DNA from: Candidatus Saccharimonadales bacterium
Lineage (GTDB): Bacteria; Patescibacteriota; Saccharimonadia; Saccharimonadales; JAYRRP01
Assembly: GCA_041910055.1 (NCBI GenBank)
Contig: JAYRRP010000002.1
Span: 21,211 to 85,210 of the forward strand
DNA length: 64,000 nt
Reading direction: 5' to 3'
The position numbers and the translations under genes are program-made. Positions 55,717 to 64,000 of this stretch are shown piece after piece (position 1 is the stretch's first letter; each line of letters starts with the position of its first letter). The notes under the pieces were generated by a model. It did no database searches and was not told the origin of the DNA. It was given only the letters and a program-made list of their open reading frames with translations.

Positions 55717-57325
55717 CGACTATTATAACAAAATCCGCTGTTCCCGAAGCAATAGCACTATCTGGTAACTTATCAATCGCAGTAACGCCGAGGCGTTTTT
55801 CTAGGTAGTGTTTGGTGTATTTCTTATTTCCACCCCGTAGATCTACCAGTACAGTTTGGCGATAGCTTTTTGTTGGAGCATCGCCCACCTGTGCGACGTT
55901 ATAACCATATGATTTTAGTAAGTCTGCCTTGGCAGTGGCCAAGCCTGGTCGACTCGTCCCATTCAGTATCAATATACTGGCATTTTCTTTTTTGAGATAA
56001 CTATCCCTCAAAGTGTTACGGACATAGGATTGGATTTCCTGGTAATTGCCAACCCCCGCCTTCGGTACCACTACCGAGAGACCACTTATAGAGCCGGTTT
56101 TTACATACTCATTCGGTGGATCAGCCAAGCCAATTGAGGTAACTTTATCACCACCAATCTGTTTGGCAAGATCATAGAGACTTTTTACCTCGTTAGAATT
56201 AATATTAGTCTGGATATGGTCTCCAAAGGCATCCATTAACTGTGATATTTTCAGTGGGTTTGATAAAGTACCAACACTAAAGACTTTTTGCTTTAAGCCG
56301 ACCAGGATTGCACGCTGGCGCTCAGTACGATCGAAATCACCACGTGGGCTTGTATGCCGGGAGCGTGCATAGAAGAGCGCACGCGTTCCATCAAAATGCT
56401 GCGGGCCAGGTTGGACATTTAGAACGTAATTGCGGTGAGTTGACTCATCCCATAGGTTTTCATAAACCGATTGTTGAACATTCAAATCAATCCCACCTAC
56501 TGCATTTACCCCATCTTTAAATGCCTTGAAATCCACGATAACATGACGATGGATTGGTATACCGATCACCTGTTCGACAGTCTTATCTATTGCGTTCAGG
56601 CCAGCTTCTTCAGCTTTGGCAGCTTGGTTTGGTGTCTTTTTCCCGCTTAACACTGCATACTTGGCATCCGCGTAGACAGCGTTAATTTTCGTATAGCTTC
56701 CCCCATTCGCCGGTTTTACCCACAGATCACGGGGGATACTGAGCAAACCAGCTTCTTTTTGCACCGGGTCGATACTCGCAACAAGGATCGTGTCAGTAAG
56801 GTCTGGGGCCTCATGGCCATCACCACCTTTTCCAAGAAGTAATACATTGTAGCGTCCATCTCCCTCTACTTTCAGGGAGTTTGGATCCACGTCACCCTGA
56901 AGAGCTGCTACCTCTTGGCCACCACCTTTTAAGACCTTGCGCCATTTGAGATAACCCTTCGTGAACAATAATCCACCAGTAATTACTATCGCTAGCAATA
57001 AAACCAAAGCGCTGCGCTTTGCGGCTTTGCGCCATTGAAATTTTTTTGTTTCTTTCACACCATCATAAAGTTTTGAACGCCGACGAGGTGCACGGCTGAG
57101 CTTTTTTGTATTGCCGGGAGACGTAATTGTCGGGTTGCCACCTGGATGAAAGCCATCCTTCCTTCTGAAGTCATCAATATGCTTCGTGACGACATTGCCT
57201 GAAGCAGCTGAGGCTGACCGTTGGAAATTAATACTTCCAGTCCGCCTTGGCGTCCTGTCTTTCGTGACGATACCGTCTACTGATGCATGTCTGAGTGGCG
57301 ACTTACGACGCCTGAAATTATCCAT
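55685..57325 (-). CDS. LytR-CpsA-Psr (LCP) family cell-envelope phosphotransferase with LytR_C domain
   Basis: 546 aa. Long basic cytoplasmic tail, a TM, then the LCP core (YNVLLLGKGGDG...TDTILVASIDP...LLSIPRDLWV). Confidence 0.88.
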   Translation of the reverse strand: MDNFRRRKSPLRHASVDGIVTKDRTPRRTGSINFQRSASAASGNVVTKHIDDFRRKDGFHPGGNPTITSPGNTKKLSRAPRRRSKLYDGVKETKKFQWRKAAKRSALVLLLAIVITGGLLFTKGYLKWRKVLKGGGQEVAALQGDVDPNSLKVEGDGRYNVLLLGKGGDGHEAPDLTDTILVASIDPVQKEAGLLSIPRDLWVKPANGGSYTKINAVYADAKYAVLSGKKTPNQAAKAEEAGLNAIDKTVEQVIGIPIHRHVIVDFKAFKDGVNAVGGIDLNVQQSVYENLWDESTHRNYVLNVQPGPQHFDGTRALFYARSRHTSPRGDFDRTERQRAILVGLKQKVFSVGTLSNPLKISQLMDAFGDHIQTNINSNEVKSLYDLAKQIGGDKVTSIGLADPPNEYVKTGSISGLSVVVPKAGVGNYQEIQSYVRNTLRDSYLKKENASILILNGTSRPGLATAKADLLKSYGYNVAQVGDAPTKSYRQTVLVDLRGGNKKYTKHYLEKRLGVTAIDKLPDSAIASGTADFVIIVGANETTNGQN

Positions 57326-57417
57326 AATCGCGTCTGTCTAGTATAGCGTTTTCAGCGCAATACGTAAACGCGTAAACATGTGCATATTCAGGCTATTTGA
57401 GCTATAGTTGAACCGAT

Positions 57418-58062
57418 ATGGGAATGCACCAGGAACCCACTATGCCCGGCCAGTCGGTGACTAGTAACGATTCAGCTTCAGACGACAAGCCAGATACGAG
57501 AGAGCGCTTACGCAGTATCTTGTCGACGGTAGCAATTATCATAGTCGCGCCGCTGATTGCCCTTTCGCTCACAGCTTATGTATTTCAATCTTATGAAGTA
57601 GATGGTCCAAGCATGGAAACCACGTTGCAAAACCAAGACCGGCTCATAGTATATAAGGCCCCGCGTACTATTTCGCGTCTCACCCACCACCCCTATATCC
57701 CTCATCGAGGCGATATTATTATCTTTAATACCACAGAAGTCGGCAATGAGGAGAAACAGTTGATTAAGCGGGTAATCGGCCTACCCGGTGAAAAAGTAGT
57801 GGTCAAGGAAGGAACGGTTACTGTCTACAATAAAGAGCACCCCAACGGTTTTGAACCGGACAATATAATGCCCTACGGCAAAGTCATTGTGACAACACCC
57901 GGTGAGTATACTGCCACCATCCCTGATAATCAGGTCTTCGTACTCGGCGACAACCGCAATAACTCACTGGACTCCCGAGTGATTGGACCAATCCCTGCTC
58001 AGGACATAGTCGGTAAATTAGTTTTGCGGCTCTTCCCCTTTGGAAAAGCTCAGAAGTTCTAG
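57418..58062 (+). CDS. lepB: Signal peptidase I
   Basis: 214 aa. Catalytic Ser (VDGPSMETTL), Lys (IKRVIGLPGE) and GDNRNNSLDSR. Confidence 0.92.
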   Translation: MGMHQEPTMPGQSVTSNDSASDDKPDTRERLRSILSTVAIIIVAPLIALSLTAYVFQSYEVDGPSMETTLQNQDRLIVYKAPRTISRLTHHPYIPHRGDIIIFNTTEVGNEEKQLIKRVIGLPGEKVVVKEGTVTVYNKEHPNGFEPDNIMPYGKVIVTTPGEYTATIPDNQVFVLGDNRNNSLDSRVIGPIPAQDIVGKLVLRLFPFGKAQKF

Positions 58063-58929
58063 TTACTTTTTTGAGAGCTGCTTCAATATACGGGTTAGAT
58101 CAGCATCATCCTGAAAGACAATTTCCAAACGGCCGCCTTTCGCGGTTCGTTTCAGTTTGACAGGTGCCTGCAGGATCACGCTTAGTTTCTTTGTTTGGGG
58201 AGTCGTATCAAGGACTCTTTTCTTCACAGCTTCAGCTGATTTAATACCCTGCTTGTGAGCAAGTACAAAACGTTCTGCTTGGCGGACTGTCCAGCCATGT
58301 TTCCGTATCAATTGCAAGAGATAGTCCTGTGTTTGGGGCGTCTTTAAAGCCAAAATTGCGCGAGCATGCCCCTCAGTAATTTCCTTAGTGTGCAAGGCTT
58401 TCTGGGCTTTTGGTGATAACTGGAGCAAACGAACAATATTCATTACCGTTGACAAAGCTTTGCCTAAACGCTTGGCAATAACAGAGTATTCCTGGCTGAA
58501 TTGCTCGTGTAATCGTTGGATCGAGGCAGCTTGTTCTAATGGCGAAAGATCAACCCGTTGGACATTTTCCACGAGAGCAACTTCTAATTGCTGCAGTTCT
58601 TTAGTGGTGCGTACCACTGCTGGCACTGTTTTCAAACCTGCCAGCTGCGCTGCCCGCCACCGCCGTTCACCGGCAACAATCTGGTAGCGATCTTCGTGCA
58701 AAGGTGTAACAACCAGTGGCTGCAAAATACCATGGCGTTTGATTGATTCTGACAATTCAATTAAGAATTCCTGATCAAAATGCCGTCTTGGCTGGTGTGG
58801 ATTAGGTGCTAATTTAGTGATCGACAATTCTCTAATCCGCTCTTCTTTGTGAGTAAGGGCACTCACATCTAGGTTTTCTGGTATGAGCGCCTCGAATCCT
58901 TTTCCCAGACTCACATGTTTACGTGACAC
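58063..58929 (-). CDS. parB: Chromosome partitioning protein ParB (Spo0J)
   Basis: 288 aa. ParB box IVAGERRWRAAQLAG and an HTH region. Confidence 0.92.
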   Translation of the reverse strand: MSRKHVSLGKGFEALIPENLDVSALTHKEERIRELSITKLAPNPHQPRRHFDQEFLIELSESIKRHGILQPLVVTPLHEDRYQIVAGERRWRAAQLAGLKTVPAVVRTTKELQQLEVALVENVQRVDLSPLEQAASIQRLHEQFSQEYSVIAKRLGKALSTVMNIVRLLQLSPKAQKALHTKEITEGHARAILALKTPQTQDYLLQLIRKHGWTVRQAERFVLAHKQGIKSAEAVKKRVLDTTPQTKKLSVILQAPVKLKRTAKGGRLEIVFQDDADLTRILKQLSKK

Positions 58930-59677
58930 GGTTCTCTACCTCCTTCGCTAATTGCTTATAGCTTCGTGCACCCTTGGACCACTTATCATGCTCGGCAATC
59001 GTCTTGCCAAAACTCGGCGCCTCAGCTAAGCGGACATTCCGCGGAATAAGTGTACTGAGGACTTTGTCGCCAAAATGTTTTTGAAGTTCTTCGACTACTT
59101 GGTCAGACAATGAAGTGCGTCGATCATACATTGTGACCACCAGTCCAAGAATTTCCAAGTCTGGGTTGAGTCCACCTCTTACGCGTTTTATCACCTCCAG
59201 TAACTGGCTTAAACCTTCGAGGGCATAGTACTCAGCTTGTACTGGTATTAACACGTAGTGAGCTGCCGTCAAAGCATTCACTGTTAGTAAACCAAGTGCC
59301 GGTGGACAATCAATAATGATGTAGTCGTGAACGCACCCCGCTATGACCCGTTGCAGTTTATGTTCTCGTTTTGTTTCACCTGCCAGTTCCAACTCTGCTG
59401 CTGCCAGCGCTGAATTGCTTGGCGCCAAATTTAAACCGGCTGTTTCAGTGGCAAGAATTGCCTGATCTATCGTACAGCGCCCAAACAGGACGTCGTACAT
59501 TGTTCGTTCCAGTGAGTGCTTGTTCTGGCCTAAACCGCTCGTGGCATTTCCCTGTGGGTCGATATCCACCAGCAGAACTGTCTTGTCTTTCTTCGCTAAA
59601 TATGAAGCCAGATTAATTGCCGTAGTAGTTTTTCCTACTCCACCTTTTTGATTTATGACCGCGATGATATGGCTCAT
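58919..59677 (-). CDS. parA: Chromosome partitioning ATPase ParA (Soj)
   Basis: 252 aa. Deviant Walker A NQKGGVGKTT. Confidence 0.93.
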   Translation of the reverse strand: MSHIIAVINQKGGVGKTTTAINLASYLAKKDKTVLLVDIDPQGNATSGLGQNKHSLERTMYDVLFGRCTIDQAILATETAGLNLAPSNSALAAAELELAGETKREHKLQRVIAGCVHDYIIIDCPPALGLLTVNALTAAHYVLIPVQAEYYALEGLSQLLEVIKRVRGGLNPDLEILGLVVTMYDRRTSLSDQVVEELQKHFGDKVLSTLIPRNVRLAEAPSFGKTIAEHDKWSKGARSYKQLAKEVENRVT

Positions 59678-59797
59678 CTAAAAATTTTATCTTCCCACTT
59701 AATAACCATAAGCCTACCATTAAGCGAGACAAGAGTAAATCATCCTTTATGTAGCCTTTTAATACTAGCATCTAATGGCTAGTATCTTAATAACCCC

Positions 59798-60103
59798 TTA
59801 GGCTATTTTGGTTATTTTGATCCTGGAGTGGATTTGTCGATGACCGTGTATTTTGCGAACCCGCTTTTTAGCTTTATAACGGATAGCAGTCACCTTCTCT
59901 GCCTTAATTTCAGGTTCAGTTATTTGAGCAGTCACTGTGACACCTTCTATTTCTGGCGCACCGACAGTCACCTTGCCATCTATTATTGTCAATAAGGGAG
60001 CAAAGGATAGCTTTTCTTTCCCGCTAATGCGCTCTACTTCTAACTCCTCGCCTTCATAGACAAGATATTGCTTTCCACCAGTTGTAATTACTGCTTTTTT
60101 CAC
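59798..60103 (-). CDS. rplU: 50S ribosomal protein L21 (GTG start)
   Basis: 101 aa. (V)KKAVITTGGKQYLVYEGEEL. The start codon at 60103-60101 is GTG. Confidence 0.9.
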   Translation of the reverse strand: MKKAVITTGGKQYLVYEGEELEVERISGKEKLSFAPLLTIIDGKVTVGAPEIEGVTVTAQITEPEIKAEKVTAIRYKAKKRVRKIHGHRQIHSRIKITKIA

Positions 60104-60130
60104 TATCTTTAATAATTCAGTTTAAGAAAT

Positions 60131-60192
60131 GTTACCGATAGATGGTAACAGAGATGACCTTCTCTGTAAAGACTTCCTGAAATACTAGGAAG
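60131..60192 (-). promoter_or_regulatory. Three tandem hairpins in the ileS-rplU spacer (terminator and/or rplU leader)
   Basis: Plus-strand coordinates: GTTACC 60131-60136 / GGTAAC 60144-60149; CAGAGA 60149-60154 / TCTCTG 60161-60166; CTTCCT 60173-60178 / AGGAAG 60187-60192. On the minus strand the last hairpin is followed by ATTTCTT. Confidence 0.4.
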
Positions 60193-60226
60193 AGGAAGAA
60201 GCTATATTTCGCAAGTCGTAACCTTC

Positions 60227-63157
60227 TTACTGAGAGTGTGAAACTTTTGTGAGACGAATATGAAGATCCTTACCTTCTATCGACACAGTAGTCGCAGGGG
60301 GTGATTGGGATGAAGACGCACTCACAAGCTCTGTGGCAAGCGTTTCATGACTAATGGTCTGTTTGTAGTGATCAATAGTTTTGGCAAGTTGTGAGTCCTC
60401 TGTATAAAGCTCAAGCACAATGCGATCGTCCACCTGCAGCCCGGCTTTCTTACGGGTATTCTGAATATGGCGAATAATTTCACGCATAGTGCCCTCCTGT
60501 CGAAGATCAGAAGTAATCTTCATATCAAGTTGGATATCCAAGGAGTGAATCGGTGACGAAATGTTGCCATCTGGCAGCAAGCTAACCGCTTTGACATTTA
60601 ACTCCTCTTTTACAATTTGCACCAAAGCTTCCCAGTGGAGACGCGAAGTGTCTAATCCCCCGGTGATAGTTGCCCTGGCAAGTGGTTGTCGCACCTTAAT
60701 ACCACCTTCTGCACGCTTGGCCAGACCCTCTGTAATAGCCATTCGAATAGAGGCCATATCATCTAAGAGTAATTCATCGATATGGCCAAATTCAGGCCAA
60801 TCCAGCAGGTGCACTGATTCACCTCCTGTGAGTTTTTGATACAGTTCTTCGGCCAGGAATGGAGTGAACGGCGCCATAATCATTGAAAGTTGCACCAGTA
60901 CGTAATGAAGCGTCTGGTATGCGTTATTTTTATCTTCGTCGTCACCTGACTTCCAGAAACGGCGACGGGAACGGCGTACGTACCAATTCGATGCATCATC
61001 TATAAATGGCAAGATCGGTTTCACTGCATTAGGAATATCATATGCATCCATATGTTTCCCCACTTCTCGAGTTAACTGATGTACTCGACTAATAATCCAT
61101 TGGTCAAGCGGGTTTTTACAGGTCTCACTTGGATCAGTGTGAGCACCCTCCCACTTCCAGTCATCAACCTCGGCATACATTGTGAAGAAATCATACATAT
61201 TCCACACCATGTTCAACTTCCGATATATGTCAGCCACGTCTTTATCGTGAACGATAAAATCTTCAGCATTTAAAACCGGTGATGCAAGCAGTAGAAACCT
61301 CAAACTATCAGCTGAGTACTGATCCATCAATTCATTCGGATCAGTGTAGTTACCATAACTCTTACTGAGTTTCCGCCCGTCTGAACCCAGAAGAGTACCG
61401 GTGGCGATTACCTGCTTGAAGGCGTTGCGGCCAAACAGGCCAACACTCACTGCATGCATGTAGTAAAACCATGCCCGTACCTGACCCACATATTCCACCA
61501 CAAAATCACCTGGAAAATTGGCCTCAAACTTTTCTTTGTTCTCAAACGGGTAGTGAAACTGGGCAAATGGCATTGACCCGCTCTCGAACCAGCAATCCAT
61601 TACCTTATCAATGCGCCGATAATGAACATTGTCCAGGTCAAATTCCACGCCATCAATCCAGGGCCGGTGATAATCATCTAGCACTACCCCTGAAAGTTCT
61701 TCGAGCTCCGCATAGCTGCCTACCACTTTGATACGTTCCTGTCCCTCGCTATCCGTTCCTTTCCAAACCGGCATTGCCGTTGCCCAAAAACGGTCACGTG
61801 ATAAATTCCAATCTGGCGCAGTCCGGATTGTATGTTCAAACCGGCCATGTTTAATATGCCCAGGAAACCAGCTGATATTTTCGGTATTCTCAACCAACAT
61901 TTGTTGTTTCTGACCCTCAATATTCATAAACCAACTGGGGTGAGCTCGGTACATTAACCGTGTGCCACAACGGTGGCAATGGGGATAGCTGTGTCTGATA
62001 TAGTCAATTTTCCACACTACCCCTTTTTCATACAAATTCTTGGCGATTGTTTTGTTTATTTCCCACACATTGCTGCCTTGCCAATCTCCCTCGGTATAAA
62101 ATCCGCTTTCATCAATCACGTGGACAACCGGCAAACCCTTCTCTTGAGCTAACGTAAAATCGTCCTCACCATATGCCGGCGCGATATGAACCACTCCTGA
62201 ACCCTCTTCAGAACTGACAAAATCAGCCAGCCAAATAAAATGCGCACCTTCACCACGGTCGACAAATAATGGTTGATACCTTTTCCCGGCTAACTCATGG
62301 CCTTTTACTTTGCCGATCACTTCAAAGTGAAGCGGTTGGTGGTGTTCATCAACCAAGACCTTGGGGGCAAGCTTCTCTGCCAAGATAAATGTCTCTTGGC
62401 CAAGTTTTACCTTCAAGTAATCGAGGTCACCGTTTATAGCCAGTCCCGTGTTTCCCAACAGTGTCCAAGGAGTGGTCGTCCACACCAACATGTAGGCATC
62501 TTCATCAACCAGTTTAAACTTCACAAAGACACTTGGGTCGGTTACCTCTTGGTATGTCCCTGTATCCATAGTCACTTCTGCCTTTGACAGTGGCGTTGCG
62601 TCTCGAGTGCAATACATAAGCACCCTTTCGCCTTCGTAAATTTTCCCTTGATCGTAAAGTGTTTTAAAAGCCCACCAAACTGATTCCATGTAGGATTTGT
62701 CCATAGTCTTATAGGCACCTTTGAAATCTACCCAACGACCAATCCGATCGATGGTGTCTTCCCATTGGCTGCCTGTCTGGATCATATTATCGCGGTTAGC
62801 TTTTATATAATCTTCTAAGCTTATTTTGGTGCCGATATCGCGACGATCAGTAATTCCAAGCTTTTTTTCGGTATAGGTCTCAGCCGGGAGGCCGTGACAG
62901 TCCCAGCCCCAAACCCTTTCTACCCGCTTGCCCCGCATCGTCTGGTAGCGCGGCACCGCGTCTTTAACAATAGAGCTCAATAAAGTACCGTGATGTGGTA
63001 CGCCGGTAATGAAAGGTGGGCCATCATAGAAAACATAGGCATTATCTTTGGAGCGGTTTTCTACGGATTTTTCGAAAGCCTTATGGGCTTTCCACTGCTT
63101 CACCAACTCTTTTTCGTATTCTATTGGTGGTTGCCGACTACCCGACTCAAACTTCAT
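60227..63157 (-). CDS. ileS: Isoleucine--tRNA ligase, type 2 (eukaryote/actinobacteria-like)
   Basis: I start it at ATG 63157 (MKFESGSRQPPIEYEKELVKQWK), preceded by a GGGAG SD at 63167-63163. HIGH region PPFITGVPHHGTLLSSIVKD (type 2 style), a KMSKS variant RKLSKS and a CP1 editing domain. Confidence 0.93.
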   Translation of the reverse strand: MKFESGSRQPPIEYEKELVKQWKAHKAFEKSVENRSKDNAYVFYDGPPFITGVPHHGTLLSSIVKDAVPRYQTMRGKRVERVWGWDCHGLPAETYTEKKLGITDRRDIGTKISLEDYIKANRDNMIQTGSQWEDTIDRIGRWVDFKGAYKTMDKSYMESVWWAFKTLYDQGKIYEGERVLMYCTRDATPLSKAEVTMDTGTYQEVTDPSVFVKFKLVDEDAYMLVWTTTPWTLLGNTGLAINGDLDYLKVKLGQETFILAEKLAPKVLVDEHHQPLHFEVIGKVKGHELAGKRYQPLFVDRGEGAHFIWLADFVSSEEGSGVVHIAPAYGEDDFTLAQEKGLPVVHVIDESGFYTEGDWQGSNVWEINKTIAKNLYEKGVVWKIDYIRHSYPHCHRCGTRLMYRAHPSWFMNIEGQKQQMLVENTENISWFPGHIKHGRFEHTIRTAPDWNLSRDRFWATAMPVWKGTDSEGQERIKVVGSYAELEELSGVVLDDYHRPWIDGVEFDLDNVHYRRIDKVMDCWFESGSMPFAQFHYPFENKEKFEANFPGDFVVEYVGQVRAWFYYMHAVSVGLFGRNAFKQVIATGTLLGSDGRKLSKSYGNYTDPNELMDQYSADSLRFLLLASPVLNAEDFIVHDKDVADIYRKLNMVWNMYDFFTMYAEVDDWKWEGAHTDPSETCKNPLDQWIISRVHQLTREVGKHMDAYDIPNAVKPILPFIDDASNWYVRRSRRRFWKSGDDEDKNNAYQTLHYVLVQLSMIMAPFTPFLAEELYQKLTGGESVHLLDWPEFGHIDELLLDDMASIRMAITEGLAKRAEGGIKVRQPLARATITGGLDTSRLHWEALVQIVKEELNVKAVSLLPDGNISSPIHSLDIQLDMKITSDLRQEGTMREIIRHIQNTRKKAGLQVDDRIVLELYTEDSQLAKTIDHYKQTISHETLATELVSASSSQSPPATTVSIEGKDLHIRLTKVSHSQ

Positions 63158-63400
63158 GTTCACTCCCTTTTTGAGGCTCCCTATAAAAAATGCCCCTTTA
63201 AGCCGGCCGGAATCCCTAGTGATATAAGGACGGTACCATCCGGCTTCCAAAAGAGGCAGTTCTCTAGAGGCACTTTATTCTCGCTATAACGGGCTGCCCG
63301 TCAGGTTCTACTAGGGAGGATTTCCCGTTCTTCCTGCTCCTTTGTGGGTGATAACCACTTCTGCTCTATTGCTCTAACGCAACAGACACGGATTTACAGT
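63158..63400 (-). promoter_or_regulatory. T-box leader (tRNA-Ile-sensing riboswitch) upstream of ileS
   Basis: On the minus strand, the T-box core is GCCGGAUGGUACCGUCC (plus 63228-63246); the consensus is GGGUGGUACCGCG. The UGGU bulge is flanked by GCCGG/CCGGC and GUCC/GGAU helices. An F-box-like CCGUUA lies at plus 63287-63292. AUCA sits in the loop of hairpin GUGG-uuAUCAc-CCAC (the AUC specifier candidate, plus 63350-63352). Confidence 0.7.
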
Positions 63401-63413
63401 TTATGACTATACG

Positions 63414-63701
63414 CTACAGATAAGCGGCATGCAACTCAGGCTGGGCGTAGTTCGCTACCTCGCTGATAAGGGGAAGTTGCTCGCCTTCCCACGACCTTAT
63501 AAGCTGCCCATCATCTGTTATAGCGAGAATAGCAGGATAACGAACTACATCATACAAAGAGGCAGTGGCAGCACCATCACGTGTATCCAGATTCACCAAT
63601 TCCGCTTTACGGTCTGGGTATAAATGGCTGAACTCGTGCAGGAATTCTTCAATACTTCGTGCATGATCAGAATTCGGCCGGTACAAAACGCACACCTTCA
63701 T
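63414..63701 (-). CDS. Small thioredoxin-fold-like protein without CxxC
   Basis: I start it at ATG 63701 (MKVCVLYRPNSDHARSIEEFL...RYPAILAITDDGQLIRSWEG). It has a beta-alpha-beta and cis-Pro-like Trx/NrdH-type layout, but the redox-motif position reads NSDH. This is low-confidence. Confidence 0.4.
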   Translation of the reverse strand: MKVCVLYRPNSDHARSIEEFLHEFSHLYPDRKAELVNLDTRDGAATASLYDVVRYPAILAITDDGQLIRSWEGEQLPLISEVANYAQPELHAAYL

Positions 63702-63730
63702 TATGACCAGTAGTGTAGCACAGCTTGTGT

Positions 63731-64000
63731 TTAACTGCAGCCTGTTGTTGAACCACAAGCACTGCAAACATAGCAACTACCAGCCCGTTGGGTTTGGTTG
63801 CCACAGTTATAACAAATCGGAGCAGTATCATCTTGATTTTGAGTTGTTGTCGTGGGCGGCGAAACAGGCTGAACTGATTCTGTAGGCCGAGTGATGTCAC
63901 TGGAGCTAATCGTAGTATCCTGTGGGCGGGAAGTATCATCAATCGCGAGCTCTACCTGTTCCCCTGGCATATCTTCTATCGAAGCTAAGCCGAGCTCGAG
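63731..64000 (-). CDS. C-terminal end of a larger protein with a terminal Cys-rich zinc-ribbon tail, possibly class II (B12-dependent) ribonucleotide reductase
   Basis: The frame is open to the window edge (LELGLASIEDMPGEQ...). The tail PICYNCGNQTQRAGSCYVCSACGSTTGCS resembles the CxxC...CxxC C-terminal tail I recall for NrdJ-type RNRs. Only 89 aa are visible. Confidence 0.4.
   Translation of the reverse strand, partial: LELGLASIEDMPGEQVELAIDDTSRPQDTTISSSDITRPTESVQPVSPPTTTTQNQDDTAPICYNCGNQTQRAGSCYVCSACGSTTGCS

Noticed and set aside
59763-59787. Hairpin ACTAGC/GCTAGT after rplU as an intrinsic terminator
   Set aside because: It has a 6-bp AT-containing stem with no U-tract on the coding strand, so it is too weak to call.
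1-64000. CRISPR arrays, tRNA/rRNA genes, transposases, integrases, prophage or defence islands
   Set aside because: I found no spaced direct-repeat arrays and no GGTTCGAATCC-type T-loops in intergenic gaps of 70 nt or more. I saw no recombinase or transposase motifs. The window appears to be core chromosome. A systematic tRNAscan, cmscan and repeat search was not possible.

Overview
This is a 64-kb, roughly 90% coding block of core housekeeping genes, mostly on the minus strand, from a small-genome bacterium. I support about 63 CDS, two of them cut by the window edges. I found no rRNA, tRNA, CRISPR array, transposase or integrase by eye. Gene content: dprA-topA; a stripped-down dcw cluster (mraZ-rsmH-ftsL-ftsI-mraY-ftsW-murG-ftsQ, with no mur ligases and no ftsA/ftsZ); glyQS, serS, class I lysK, INS-less proS and type-2 ileS; recO and xseAB; pyrG; hpf-secA-(M16 peptidase)-prfB-ftsE-ftsX-(coiled-coil CHAP hydrolase)-ctp; rpsB-tsf-frr-uppS-rseP; rpmE-prfA-prmC; htrA, an LCP protein, lepB, parAB and rplU. 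RF1 and RF2 are both present and TGA is used as a stop, so the standard code applies. These traits together suggest Patescibacteria/CPR, most plausibly Saccharibacteria, but this is inference because no search was possible. Main observations: (1) a full-length heliorhodopsin gene (42204-43025) among translation genes; (2) a T-box leader upstream of ileS with an AUC specifier in what looks like a short, Actinobacteria-style Stem I; (3) four 10-bp-phased GTGGGTA boxes upstream of mraZ; (4) a terminator/pseudoknot-like leader upstream of a YhhQ-type queuosine-precursor transporter; (5) a catalytically degenerate histidine-kinase-like protein, a receiver and a membrane-anchored protein in an operon coupled to recO; (6) a sigma-region-4 plus 2x HARE-HTH protein behind a perfect consensus promoter; (7) blocks of orphan ORFs and two unusually long non-coding gaps. 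All homology statements rest on motif recognition from memory, not database searches.
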